Shown here piece by piece: positions 40,567 to 52,387 of a stretch of DNA of 64,000 nucleotides. The DNA comes from a bacterium (GTDB lineage Bacteria > RBG-13-61-14 > DATKZS01): assembly GCA_963674965.2 (NCBI GenBank), contig CAXXFL010000007.1:672001-736000 (forward strand), in the 5' to 3' direction. The notes beneath the pieces were generated by a model. It was not told the origin of the DNA. It was given only the letters and a program-made list of their open reading frames with translations, and did not search any database. The position numbers were made by a program, and so were the translations under genes. How positions within the stretch are numbered: the stretch's first letter is position 1; each line of letters starts with the position of its first letter.

Positions 40567-42183
40567 CTATTCCCACTCGATGGTGGCGGGCGGCTTGGAC
40601 GAGATATCGTAGGCCACCCGGTTGATTCCCTTGACCTCGTTAATGATCCGGTTGGAAATCCGGGCCAGGAGGGAATGAGGCAGGTCGGCCCAGTCCGCGG
40701 TCATGCCGTCAACGCTCTTGACCGCCCTGACCGCGGCCACGTACTCGTAGGTCCTCTCGTCTCCCATGACCCCCACCGACTGCACGGGAAGAAGCACGGT
40801 GAAGTACTGCCATACCTGGTCCCTTCCCTCCCAGGCCTCGATCTCCGAGGTGGTTATCTCGTCGGCCTTCCTTAATATGTCGAGCCTTTCCCCCGTCACC
40901 TCGCCCAGGACCCTCACGGCCAGGCCGGGACCGGGGAAGGGCTGGCGCCACACGATCTCGGGGGGAAGACCGAGCTCGGAGCCCACTTCCCGCACCTCGT
41001 CCTTGAAAAGCTCCCGCAACGGCTCGACCAGATCGAGGTCCATGCGCTCCGGCAACCCGCCCACGTTGTGGTGGCTCTTGATGGTCGCCGACGGACCCCG
41101 GAAGCTCACGCTCTCGATCACGTCCGGATAGAGCGTGCCCTGTCCTAAAAACTTCACGCCCGGAATCTTTTTCGCCTCCTTCTCGAAAATCTCGATAAAG
41201 GCGGCGCCTATGCGCTTTCTTTTTTCCTCCGGGTCGTATATGTCCTCGAGGGCGGTGAGGAATTTGTCCGAGGCGTCCACCGCCGCCAGCTTCAAGTGGA
41301 AGCGGCCCTTGAAGGTCTCCACCACCTTCCTGGCCTCGTCCAGACGGAGCAGGCCGTTGTCCACGAAGATGCACGTGAGCTGGTCGCCCACCGCCTTATG
41401 GACCAGCATGGCCGCCACCGCCGAGTCCACCCCCCCCGAGAGGGCCATGATAATCTTGTCCTTACCAACCTGCTCCTTGATCCGCTTCACCGAGCGCTCG
41501 ATAAAACTCTTCATGCTCCAGTCGCCCGTGAAACCCGAGACCCTGAAGAGAAAATCCCTCAGCCATTCCTTGCCCCTCGGGGTATGGGCCACCTCGGGAT
41601 GAAACTGGACGCCGTAGAATTTTCTCTCGGGGTCGGCCACGGCGGCAAAGGCGCTGTTGCCGGTGAAGGCCATGGTCTTCACGCCCTCGGGAAGGCTTTT
41701 GACTTTGTCGCCGTGGCTCATCCATACCAACTCGCCCTCTTTTTCTTCCTCGCCCCGCCCTCCTTTATGGAGGTTTTGCTGATAGTCCGCTCCCTTGCCG
41801 GAAGATTCCCCGGTCAGGTCTCCCGTCGCGTAAAAGAAGTCTCCTCCCAGTTCTGTCCTTTTAATCCTTGCCGGCCCGTACTCCCGTTTGGACGACTTTT
41901 CGACTTCTCCTCCCATCATTTTGGCGAAGAGCTGGAGCCCGTAGCATATGCCCAGCACCGGCACGCCCAGGGTGAAGACTTCCCTGTCGCAGACGGGGGC
42001 GTTTTTATCGAGCACGCTGGAGGGACCGCCCGAGAGGATGATGGCCTTGGGACCGAAGGCCCTTATTTCCTCCATGGGCATGGTGCACGGATGTATCTCG
42101 CAGTAGACCTTCAGCTCCCGCACCCGCCGCGCGATGAGCATGGTGTACTGGGAACCGAAATCGAGGATGAGCGCCTTTTCCAT
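40567..42183 (-). CDS. guaA: GMP synthase (glutamine-hydrolyzing)
   Basis: [32 protein letters not shown] and KPPATIEWE motifs. Confidence 0.97.
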   Translation of the reverse strand: MEKALILDFGSQYTMLIARRVRELKVYCEIHPCTMPMEEIRAFGPKAIILSGGPSSVLDKNAPVCDREVFTLGVPVLGICYGLQLFAKMMGGEVEKSSKREYGPARIKRTELGGDFFYATGDLTGESSGKGADYQQNLHKGGRGEEEKEGELVWMSHGDKVKSLPEGVKTMAFTGNSAFAAVADPERKFYGVQFHPEVAHTPRGKEWLRDFLFRVSGFTGDWSMKSFIERSVKRIKEQVGKDKIIMALSGGVDSAVAAMLVHKAVGDQLTCIFVDNGLLRLDEARKVVETFKGRFHLKLAAVDASDKFLTALEDIYDPEEKRKRIGAAFIEIFEKEAKKIPGVKFLGQGTLYPDVIESVSFRGPSATIKSHHNVGGLPERMDLDLVEPLRELFKDEVREVGSELGLPPEIVWRQPFPGPGLAVRVLGEVTGERLDILRKADEITTSEIEAWEGRDQVWQYFTVLLPVQSVGVMGDERTYEYVAAVRAVKSVDGMTADWADLPHSLLARISNRIINEVKGINRVAYDISSKPPATIEWE

Positions 42184-42195
42184 GGACCGGCTCCT

Positions 42196-43725
<1,530 letters not shown>

Positions 43726-43849
43726 TTAAATGAGGATGGTAGACCACTACCAGCCTTTTTGCCACTCCATCAAATCCTGATATCCGGTAATTGTGAACCG
43801 TTAACGCGCCAATAACTATATATTGCACTAGATGATTACGAGATACCAC

Positions 43850-43878
43850 AATATATTGATTGACGCCCCCAATGTCAA
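43850..43878 (-). promoter_or_regulatory. Sigma70-type promoter of guaB-guaA-dnaE
   Basis: TTGACA (43878-43873)-N17-TATATT (43855-43850) in an AT-rich intergenic region. Confidence 0.65.
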
Positions 43879-44047
43879 GCGATTTTTTAAGGGGTTATTT
43901 TTTAAGGGAACCAAGATGAAGATTCATCACGAGACCTATCCGGCCAAAATCCCCAGAAAATTATAAAATCAGCGGGATCATAATAACATTATTTCTATTA
44001 TTCAATAACTTAAGCATGATATCATTATAATTTTCTCCCCGTCCCCA

Positions 44048-45574
44048 TCACCGGTACTTGGGAGCGTTGAAAGAACGGAGAAGGCAGCGGCCGAAGGCCC
44101 TGGCAAGACATTCTTTCTCATCGGGCTCAAGATTCATGAAAAGGGCCACTTTCTCCAGGGCCTTTTCCCACTCTCGCCCGGATTTCCTCACGTTCATGGC
44201 GGCCAGGTCGAGCCGATAAAGAAGAAAAGCGTGACGCGGCCGCGAGGCGGATGGGTCGTACATGAATGAGTCGGAGGAAAGTTCAGTGGTCCAGATTCCC
44301 ATGCGGGACATGATTCGAAGGGAGCTTCCCAGGGCCTTGAGGAATTCCCCCGCGGTCCCGTTCTTTCGCGCCTCGAGCGCGGCCTCTCGCCAGGGGAGCA
44401 TATCCGGCCCGGGCGCCATTTGAAGGAGGAGGCCCCAGTCGGAACCGGCCGGAGTAATCGCGGCCCGGGCCGGGATGAAGGGGACCCGCCTGTAAACAAG
44501 GGCCGGCGTCAGCTCGAGCGCCCGGGCGGCTCCGGTCCACCTGGCCTCGAGGGTCTGGTCTTCACGGAAGCGCTTGCCGCGGGGTATGAATATCTTTATC
44601 TCCTCCGGCCGCCTTATCCTTTTTATCACCCCCTCGATGGTTTCCCGGGGGACCGAGTAATGGGCGCTTACGGTAAATCCCCTGGTCTCGTAACGGTCGT
44701 ACATCGAGTTTTTCGTCCGCGCCCAGGCCATTCTGGCAACGGCCTGTTTGGCGCACTCGTACTCGGCTTTTATTCCGATCGTTTTTGCCAGGTCCCACCT
44801 TTGTTCTATCGTGATGGAGGTTTGTTTTCCGATCGGATAAGTCTTGAAGTACTGGTCCAGGAACCGGAGCCGGTCCGAGGTCGATCCGATAAAGATGGAA
44901 CTCTGATCGATTTTGGCCAGGTTGTCCAGGCGGTCCTGACGGGAGAGTCCTCCCGGCGCGTCCTTTATAAGGGCCCTTTCCAGGTCAACCAGTTTCAACT
45001 CTCCACTTGGGCTAACCATGATCGAGTCGGGCTTGAAATCGCGCTGGATCACTCCCGAGTCGTGGAGCCTCCTTATTAGCCGCGCCAGCCGCGTCATGAA
45101 CTCGCGCTTTACCCGAAGATCGATTCCCCGCGCGTGGCCGGGCCAGTTCTCGGCCCACTCCTCGAGGCTCACGTGGTCCTCCAGGTACTCCTGGACGAGG
45201 AGGTCCTCCTCGAGAAGGCCGCCGCGCGTTTTTTCCGCCATGGCCAGGTGACGGGCCGCGGGAAGACCCATGGCCTCGAGCCTGAGGCCCATCTCCCATT
45301 CCTGCCGGGTCCGGGAGTTTCGCACCGCCTGCTTCAGCCGCCGCCCGATGGCCGGACGCGAGTAGCGCTTGATAAAGACCATCCCCAAATCTCCGGCCGG
45401 CGCGGTCCAGATCGAGCGCCTGCCGTCGGTGGTCTTGATCTTTTTCGCTCTCGGGTTTTTATCGAGGCCCTTTAAGCTCCGGGCCATGGCCTCGACCTTG
45501 TCCTCGAGATCGGGCCGGACGCGCCAGGTCCACTCCCCCATCGTTACGATCTTCTCCAGCGGCCGTTTTTTCAT
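44048..45574 (-). CDS. LPS kinase (Kdo/WaaP/InaA family), with degenerate second half
   Basis: FIKRY, R.RQEW, LHDSGVIQRDFKPDS, LVDLE and DRLRFLDQY motifs. Confidence 0.7.
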   Translation of the reverse strand: MKKRPLEKIVTMGEWTWRVRPDLEDKVEAMARSLKGLDKNPRAKKIKTTDGRRSIWTAPAGDLGMVFIKRYSRPAIGRRLKQAVRNSRTRQEWEMGLRLEAMGLPAARHLAMAEKTRGGLLEEDLLVQEYLEDHVSLEEWAENWPGHARGIDLRVKREFMTRLARLIRRLHDSGVIQRDFKPDSIMVSPSGELKLVDLERALIKDAPGGLSRQDRLDNLAKIDQSSIFIGSTSDRLRFLDQYFKTYPIGKQTSITIEQRWDLAKTIGIKAEYECAKQAVARMAWARTKNSMYDRYETRGFTVSAHYSVPRETIEGVIKRIRRPEEIKIFIPRGKRFREDQTLEARWTGAARALELTPALVYRRVPFIPARAAITPAGSDWGLLLQMAPGPDMLPWREAALEARKNGTAGEFLKALGSSLRIMSRMGIWTTELSSDSFMYDPSASRPRHAFLLYRLDLAAMNVRKSGREWEKALEKVALFMNLEPDEKECLARAFGRCLLRSFNAPKYR

Positions 45575-45583
45575 TTCAGTCCG

Positions 45584-46903
45584 TTATTCCTCCGCGGCCT
45601 TTGCGGCCCGCGCCTTGATCAGCCCGGCCCAGAGCTTGGGCTCCAGGGGCGAGGCCTGAAGCGCCATCTTATAAAAGAGCCTGGCCGCCATCGCGTCTCC
45701 GTTATCGAGGAACCACCTGGCGTTCTGTCCGGGCCAGACGTAGGGTTTGTTCATGTCCCACAGGCCGCGAAGGTTTATTTTTTCGATCAGTTCCGGACGC
45801 TCGGAGACGGCGGCGTCAAGGCGGAGAAGGGTCTTCACGTACTCCATTTCCAGGCCCGGGTCCTTGGGCCGGGAAAGGAGGGGCAGGCCCCGGTGGAGGA
45901 ACAGGACCAGGTTGTCCCAGTAATATTTTCGGGATGCGGTCCTGGCGGTGAGGTTAACGTCGCCGGGCCTCTCCCGCACCTCGACCGTCAGCTCGGGGAT
46001 ATGATGGAAATCGTATTTCCCCGCCAGCCTCAGCCACATTTCCCAATCCATGGCCTTGGGCAGGTAAGGACGGAATTTGCCGACGTCCTCATAGCATTCC
46101 CTTTTCACCATGACGTTGATAATGCAGGGGTTGGTCCTGAAGAATGTCCCTTTCTCATAGGCATCCCACTTATAGTCGCGGGCCGGACCGGGAACGAGAT
46201 TGCCCTCCGGTCCCGCCTCGTATCTCACCACTCGGTAGTCCGTATAGGCCGCGGGGGCGGCGCCCGGCGACTCGAGGTAGGAGGTCGAGGCCTCGAGATG
46301 GCGGGGAAGCAAAACGTCGTCGTCGTCCAGGCCGGTAACGTATTTGCCGCGGGCCATGGCCAGTCCCGCGTTCAGGGCCTGGGCCGGGCCTTGCCTGGGC
46401 GCCATGTAATACCGGGCCCGCTCGAGGCCGGAGTTCACGACCGCTTCCCTCGCCGCCGGGTCTCCCCCGTCGTTCACCACGATGGCCTCGTAGTCGGCAA
46501 AGGTCTGGGCTTTGAGGCTGGCCAGGGCCTCGGCCAGATACGCGGTCCGGTTGTAGGTCCTGACAATGACGCTGACCAGGGGTGGACGCTCGGGAGGGGC
46601 GGCCCCATCCATGTCCTCATGGCGCCAGGCCGGGTCGAAGTCCTTGTCCAACTCGAGGGCCCGTTCCATGTAAAAGGCGTTCAGCCGAAGAACGGCCGGA
46701 ACGTTGCTTTTGTTTTTGAACCATGAAAGCAGCTCGAGGGCCTCGGGCGTTTTTTTATTCTGGTGGAGGGCGACGGCCAGGTCGTTGGCCGAGAGGGGGT
46801 CATTTCCGTGACCGACTCTGGAGAGGATTCGCAAGGCCTGGTTCCAGTCCCCGGCGCGGGCCGCGTTAATGGCCCTCTCGCGATCGTCTCCGGACGATTT
46901 CAT
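45584..46903 (-). CDS. Glycosyltransferase family 2 with N-terminal helical (TPR-like) extension
   Basis: VSVIVRTYNR, VVNDGG, LDDDD and DWEMWLR motifs. Confidence 0.85.
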   Translation of the reverse strand: MKSSGDDRERAINAARAGDWNQALRILSRVGHGNDPLSANDLAVALHQNKKTPEALELLSWFKNKSNVPAVLRLNAFYMERALELDKDFDPAWRHEDMDGAAPPERPPLVSVIVRTYNRTAYLAEALASLKAQTFADYEAIVVNDGGDPAAREAVVNSGLERARYYMAPRQGPAQALNAGLAMARGKYVTGLDDDDVLLPRHLEASTSYLESPGAAPAAYTDYRVVRYEAGPEGNLVPGPARDYKWDAYEKGTFFRTNPCIINVMVKRECYEDVGKFRPYLPKAMDWEMWLRLAGKYDFHHIPELTVEVRERPGDVNLTARTASRKYYWDNLVLFLHRGLPLLSRPKDPGLEMEYVKTLLRLDAAVSERPELIEKINLRGLWDMNKPYVWPGQNARWFLDNGDAMAARLFYKMALQASPLEPKLWAGLIKARAAKAAEE

Positions 46904-48093
46904 CGCGCCCGCCATTTATCGATTACTTCCCGGTATACGCTTTCCAGGCGGGGAAGCAGTACCTGGCCGCTGAACTCTTGTACCATCCTTTTCCTTCCCC
47001 GCTCTCCAAGCCTCGAGCGAAGGTCCGGGGCGTCGCAAAGCTTCCTCAGGGCCGCGGCCAGCGCGTCCGCGTCCCGCGGCTTGACCAGGAGTCCGCTCTC
47101 CGCGTCCGCCACCGCCTCGGGTATGCCGCCCGCGGTCGTCGCCACCACCGGCAGTCCCATGGCCTGGGCTTCCAAGGTACAGCCGGCTATGCCCTCGGAC
47201 ACGCTGGCCAGGAGGAAAACATCGGCCCGCGCCAGTTCTTCGCGCACCTCGTCACTGTCCTTTTTGCCGAGCAGGGTGACTCGGTCATGGAGGTTCAAGT
47301 CCTTTATGGCCGCCTCGATCTCGCTCCGGCCCGCGCCGCCGCCGACGATTCGGTACTCGAAATCCGCGCCGGACTCGGCCAGTTTAGCGGCCGCGTGCAG
47401 GGCGTAAAGGTATCCCTTTTGCCAGGTCAGTCTGCCCACGGTGACGATGGAGAGTTTTCCCTTGCCCCGCTTTTTGGCGGGATCGGGCTTGAAATAATCC
47501 ACGTCCACCTCGGTGGGAATGACGGCCACCTTGTCCGGGTCGCACCCAAGCTCGATCACCCTGTCCCGCAGGGGATGGGACACGGCGATGAATTTCACGG
47601 CCTTCTCGAAAAGGGGCCTATACTTGTCCGGCGACTCGGACATGGTAACCATGACGTCCGTTCCCCTGAGGTTCACCACCATGGGAACGTCGAGCATGGC
47701 GGAAACCTCGAGGTACTCCAGGCCCAGGTGCCCGTAATTGGCGTGGATGAGGTCGTACCGCTTGCTTAAAAAGGGGAGCGTCGAGTTCCAGGTCACGGCG
47801 GACCGGGCCGATCCGCGCGCCCTGACGGCGGCCGCCGCGACGCGGCCCAGCCTGAGGCCAGAATGGGCCAGTCCCCGCGTCGAGTCCTTGAGCCTCCACC
47901 GAAAGGGGTTGGCGAGCTTTTTCACCTCGAGGCCCTCGAGCCTGGAGACGAGGTCGGGGTGGACGTCCCAGGCTTTAAGCAAGCGGGCAAAGACGTCAAG
48001 ATCGTGCCCCCTCTCGATCAGGTCCGCCGCCCGGCGCAGGATGAAGGTCTCCGACGTCTCGGGAAAGGACTCCACTATAAAGGCGATCTTCAT
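46900..48093 (-). CDS. Glycosyltransferase family 4 (WcaL-like)
   Basis: FPETSETFI, VGRLTWQKG and EGIAGCTLEAQAMGLPV motifs. Confidence 0.88.
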   Translation of the reverse strand: MKIAFIVESFPETSETFILRRAADLIERGHDLDVFARLLKAWDVHPDLVSRLEGLEVKKLANPFRWRLKDSTRGLAHSGLRLGRVAAAAVRARGSARSAVTWNSTLPFLSKRYDLIHANYGHLGLEYLEVSAMLDVPMVVNLRGTDVMVTMSESPDKYRPLFEKAVKFIAVSHPLRDRVIELGCDPDKVAVIPTEVDVDYFKPDPAKKRGKGKLSIVTVGRLTWQKGYLYALHAAAKLAESGADFEYRIVGGGAGRSEIEAAIKDLNLHDRVTLLGKKDSDEVREELARADVFLLASVSEGIAGCTLEAQAMGLPVVATTAGGIPEAVADAESGLLVKPRDADALAAALRKLCDAPDLRSRLGERGRKRMVQEFSGQVLLPRLESVYREVIDKWRAR

Positions 48094-49880
48094 TCTTTTT
48101 CCTCGCCCCGATCTCCCGCCGCCAGGGCGGAGCACGACTGGTCGGCCTCGAGTATCTCTCCCCCGTTCAGAGATGACCTCCAGACCGAGCGGAAGCAATC
48201 GGGATACTTGATGGCGGCCTCCTTCGCGGCCCAGGTTTCCTCGTGATGGAACCGACTGGATATGACGTAACGGGCGCGGCTGACCCGGGCAAATTCCATG
48301 AAGGCCTCGAGGCTCAGGTCGTCCTTCATCCGGGATGACTTCACGCCCGTCAGCACCCGGGTAATCCTCGGCTTAACGCTGAGGACCACATCCTCTTTGC
48401 CGGCCAGGTCCTTGAGCTTGAGGTTAAGGTCCATGAACTCCTGAGATAAGAGCGCCTTTTTCCACCCTTCCCCGTCATCCACCCAGCCGTGAACGTTCTT
48501 GTATTTGCTCCAGTCGATTTTCGTCTCGGCCCGGCCAAGGAAATCCGGCGAGCCGAACGGCTTGGACGGGGACGCCGTGACGATCATCGCCCATTTTGCC
48601 GCGCCCGCCGCGTGAAGCGAGACCAGGACTATGAAGCAGGCCGCCAGCAGGCCGTTGGCGTAAACTCTTTTCGGCTCCCAGCCAAAGTACTTTTTCCAGA
48701 AATACTCGTCCGCCGCCCGCATGGAAAGCATGAATCCCTCGCCCGCGTAGAAGAACATGATCGGAATAAGGGGCATAAGATACCTGCTGTCCTTGGTGTC
48801 GAACAGGACGATTAAAAGGAGGTAAGCCCAGAAAAACCAGGCGGAGGCGGACCGGTTCCTTATAAGGTCCGCGAGGGCCCCGATGAATATTACGGCGGTG
48901 ATGACGGCCCCGATCTCGTTCATCCAGCCCGCGATCACGTGGCCCTCGAAGAAGAAAATCCTGGCCACGTCTCCCGTGTATTCCACCGAATCCAGCCAGT
49001 TGCCGCCGGCTATGTAGGAGGGGGCCGCCGGCACTTCTCCCCTTCCTTTAATGCCCGCTATCATGATCGCCAGGGGTATAAAGTAGGCGATTAACAGCGC
49101 CGCGAATGACGCGCAAAAGGCGATGGTCTTTTTAAGGCTCCCTTTCCATTTATCCTTGAACGGCCCACCCGAGAAAAGGGTCAGGGCCGCCGCGACCGGC
49201 ACGACCACTCCCGGCCTCCTGGTGGTCAGGGCCGCGAAACAGATTACCGCCAGCGCGGCCAGCCAGCGCGAGAAAGTCCTTGTATCCTCCCGGTACTTCT
49301 CGGCGAGGATAAAAACCCCGAATATCAGGGCGGTGAATACGGCCTCCGTCAGCACGTCCATCATATTGATAAGATACAAATGCGTGGTGGCGAAGAGAAG
49401 AGCGTACCCCGCCGCCCTTATCTCGCCGGCCCTCCGCCTGAAGTACAAATAGGACATTACAGGGGCGGCCATGGCGAAAAGGTAGACCACGAAGTGGATG
49501 TAAAGGTAATTCGGCGTCTCGTCCAGGACCCCGGGCACGAGGGCCAGGGAAAGAACGATCGAGAAAAACCCGCACATGTAGGAGTCGGCCGACCATATCT
49601 TGCGTATAAAGACCGGGTCGGTGTAGAACAGGTCGGCCAGGCTCTCGGCCTCGATAAAGGAGCGGGCGTTGGCGATATAGTAGCAGTTGTCTCCTCCCAT
49701 TCCTCCCAACTCTCCATGAATGAGGGGAAGATAAAGGAGGGCTATCCCGGCTAAAAGGGCGGGGGCGGCCCACTTGGGAAGCTTTCTTCCAGTCCAGGGA
49801 AAGGTGGAGGCGACGTAGTCCTCGGGCAATATGTACGCCCGGCCGCTCGCCGCTCCATTTTCGGCCTTTTCCGCGCTCAT
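48090..49880 (-). CDS. GT-C membrane glycosyltransferase (ArnT/PMT-like)
   Basis: GDNCYYIANARS, LTE and RYLMPLIP motifs. Many TM helices. Confidence 0.7.
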   Translation of the reverse strand: MSAEKAENGAASGRAYILPEDYVASTFPWTGRKLPKWAAPALLAGIALLYLPLIHGELGGMGGDNCYYIANARSFIEAESLADLFYTDPVFIRKIWSADSYMCGFFSIVLSLALVPGVLDETPNYLYIHFVVYLFAMAAPVMSYLYFRRRAGEIRAAGYALLFATTHLYLINMMDVLTEAVFTALIFGVFILAEKYREDTRTFSRWLAALAVICFAALTTRRPGVVVPVAAALTLFSGGPFKDKWKGSLKKTIAFCASFAALLIAYFIPLAIMIAGIKGRGEVPAAPSYIAGGNWLDSVEYTGDVARIFFFEGHVIAGWMNEIGAVITAVIFIGALADLIRNRSASAWFFWAYLLLIVLFDTKDSRYLMPLIPIMFFYAGEGFMLSMRAADEYFWKKYFGWEPKRVYANGLLAACFIVLVSLHAAGAAKWAMIVTASPSKPFGSPDFLGRAETKIDWSKYKNVHGWVDDGEGWKKALLSQEFMDLNLKLKDLAGKEDVVLSVKPRITRVLTGVKSSRMKDDLSLEAFMEFARVSRARYVISSRFHHEETWAAKEAAIKYPDCFRSVWRSSLNGGEILEADQSCSALAAGDRGEEKE

Positions 49881-49887
49881 TCTTTTC

Positions 49888-51189
49888 CTACCCGTTGAAA
49901 AGCTTGAACCACAGTTTCAACTCCGAGGGCTTGACGCAGACCGAGGCCCGAAGGGCCTCCCTCGAGGCGTCCCTTTCCCCCTCCTCCGCCAGCCGCTTGC
50001 TCAGGGCGTAGAAGATGGCGTAGTAGGGCTCGACAAGGAGTTTTCTAAGCTCGAGCCGCCGGGCGAAGAAGTTGTCCTTGTCATCCCTCACCAGGCCGCT
50101 CATGGCGCGAAGGAGCTTGTCTCCCGAGCTTCCCGCCCCCAGCATCCTGGCTCCGGTCAGGGGAAAGAACCCGTGCAGATATCCGACCATGTTCCGGTAA
50201 TAGTTATAGGGCACGTCGAAGGACCTGGTCATCTGGCTGCGGTCGGCGCGCTCCCTTTGCTCACAGGTGACTCTCGGCAGATGGTGAAGGTCGTACCTGG
50301 CCGAGAAGCGGAGAAAAAACTCCCAGTCCTCGGACCGAAGTATGTGCTCGTTATAGTATCCTATCTCGGCGGCCCTCTCCCGCTCGTACATAACGCTTAT
50401 GACCGGCACGTAGCTTTGATGCCTCATCTCGCGCCGGTCGAAGTCCACCGAATAGGGGACCTTGGTCCTTACCGTCCTCCACTCGCCGCCGTCCTTGCGC
50501 TGGAAGGCCCGGTTGGCGTCGGTATAAGCCAGCTTGGCCTCGGGGTTCGCCTGCATGAAGCCAGCCAGGGTCGCCAGGTGGTCCGGATAGAAAACGTCGT
50601 CGTCGTCAAGCTGGGCGGCGTAACGGCCCCTGCCGGCGCTTATGGCGACGTTGCGGGCGGAGCCGAGTCCGCCGTGCTCGGCGTAAACGTATCGAACCCG
50701 GGGATCGGCGAGATACTTTTCGAGGACTTCCTCGACCCGGCGGTCGCCGCCGTCGTTTACGATAAGCAGTTCCCAGTCGTCCATGGTCTGGGCCAGCACG
50801 CTCTCGACGCTCTCGGCCGTGAAGTCGCATCGGTTGTAGGTGGGCATGATCACGGTCACGAGCGGAGAGGCGACTCCCGCGCCCCTGGTTTCGAGAATCC
50901 TCGTCTCGGGCCTCGGGGCCGGAGCGGACCTTACCTTGTCCGTCTCCTCCACGTAGAAGCGGTTGATTTTCAGGAACCCGTTGCCCGGGTCCATTTCCAG
51001 GGCCCGGTCGAGCTCGGCCAGGGCCGCGTCCGCGTCGCCCAGGGCAAAGCGGCAAAGGGCAAGGTCGTTCCTTGCCGGCCAGCCGGAGGGGCCCCTCGCC
51101 TTCAGGCTGGAAAGAATTTCCAGCGCCCCCTCAAAGTCCAACTCGTCCATGGCCCGGAGGGCCTTCACGTGTTTTTCGCTTAACCTCAT
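49888..51189 (-). CDS. TPR + glycosyltransferase family 2
   Basis: TPR helix pair, VTVIMPTYNR, LDDDD and EDWEFFLR motifs. Confidence 0.85.
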   Translation of the reverse strand: MRLSEKHVKALRAMDELDFEGALEILSSLKARGPSGWPARNDLALCRFALGDADAALAELDRALEMDPGNGFLKINRFYVEETDKVRSAPAPRPETRILETRGAGVASPLVTVIMPTYNRCDFTAESVESVLAQTMDDWELLIVNDGGDRRVEEVLEKYLADPRVRYVYAEHGGLGSARNVAISAGRGRYAAQLDDDDVFYPDHLATLAGFMQANPEAKLAYTDANRAFQRKDGGEWRTVRTKVPYSVDFDRREMRHQSYVPVISVMYERERAAEIGYYNEHILRSEDWEFFLRFSARYDLHHLPRVTCEQRERADRSQMTRSFDVPYNYYRNMVGYLHGFFPLTGARMLGAGSSGDKLLRAMSGLVRDDKDNFFARRLELRKLLVEPYYAIFYALSKRLAEEGERDASREALRASVCVKPSELKLWFKLFNG

Positions 51190-51221
51190 TTTCCGTTACC
51201 TATAAAATCAAGTCCCCCGCT

Positions 51222-52328
51222 TCAAGCCCCGCCGCCGGCCTTTTCCACCAGGCCCGACAAGTAAGACTCGAGCTTAAGAATAAGTTTTTCCCCGTCCAGC
51301 TCGGTCTCGGCGTACGCTCTCGCCCGGGCGCCCAGGCGTCGGGCAAGGTCCTCGTCCTCGATAAGCCGGACAAGGGCGTCGGCCAGCGCCTTGGGGTCCT
51401 CGGGCGGGACCAGCGTCCCGTTCTCGCCGTCCGAGACCATCTCGTCGTTTCCCGGAACGTCGCTCGCCGCCAGGGGTAGTCCCGCGGCCATGGCCTCGGC
51501 CAGGGCGTTCGAGCGGGCCTCCATCCTGCTTGGAAAGGCGAAGACGTCAAGCCCCGCCAGGAAGCCGGGAACGTCATCGATGGCCCCCAGAAAAACGAAC
51601 CTCGCCAGGCCACGATCACGCGCCGTCCGCTCGAGTTCTTCCCTTTTTTCTCCCTCGCCGGCGATGGCGAACCAGGTCTCGATCCCCCTGCCTTTCATGA
51701 GGGCGGCCGCCTCGAGAAGCAGGTCGTAGCCTTTCTGGCTGACGATCCTTCCCGCCGATCCCACGATCTTTTCCCCGCTTCCCGCTCCCAGCCTTCGGCG
51801 GAGGGAGCCGTTTTTCCCGGCCCCGAACCTTTTCAAATCGACGCCGTTGGGTATGAACTCGATCCTTTCCGCCGGCATGCCCGAGCGCTCGATAAAAATC
51901 CTTTCCACGTCACGGCTCACGGCGATGAGGTGGGTCACGAAAAACCGGTAAGCCAGCCGGTCGCGCCACGATCCCTTCAGGAAAGGCCATCCTTTTCTCT
52001 GGACCCTGATCTTGATCCCGGCGGCGGCCGCCGCGGGAGCTATCACCCTCACCTCTCTTTGATCGTTTAGCAAAATCAGGTCTGGCTTCTCCCTTTTAAA
52101 ATAGAGGAAGGCCCGGACCATGGTGTAGACGTCGAGGTCGAAACTCATGGGCAGGACGGCCGCGGGCAGCCCGGCCTCGATCGCCTTTTTCGCCATGGGT
52201 CCCTCCCTGAGCAGGGTCAGTATTTGGTGACCCCTCTCCCGCAGGGACTCGGCGGTCCTGAGGTGCCACAACTCGGCCCCTCCCAGGTATGGGCAGGAGT
52301 TCACGAAGACCATCTTCATCCTTTGCAT
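51222..52328 (-). CDS. Glycosyltransferase family 4
   Basis: GGAE, IPNGVD, AGRIVSQKG and EAMAAGLP motifs. Confidence 0.88.
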   Translation of the reverse strand: MQRMKMVFVNSCPYLGGAELWHLRTAESLRERGHQILTLLREGPMAKKAIEAGLPAAVLPMSFDLDVYTMVRAFLYFKREKPDLILLNDQREVRVIAPAAAAAGIKIRVQRKGWPFLKGSWRDRLAYRFFVTHLIAVSRDVERIFIERSGMPAERIEFIPNGVDLKRFGAGKNGSLRRRLGAGSGEKIVGSAGRIVSQKGYDLLLEAAALMKGRGIETWFAIAGEGEKREELERTARDRGLARFVFLGAIDDVPGFLAGLDVFAFPSRMEARSNALAEAMAAGLPLAASDVPGNDEMVSDGENGTLVPPEDPKALADALVRLIEDEDLARRLGARARAYAETELDGEKLILKLESYLSGLVEKAGGGA

Positions 52329-52387
52329 TATAAGCGAGGAAAGGTTAGGGCCAAAGACGGCGGGGCGATCGGGCCTTCCGGCGCCTC

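Noticed and set aside
36878-40612. 1244-aa plus-strand ORF
   Set aside because: Antisense shadow of dnaE caused by GC-rich codon bias, with no recognisable motifs.
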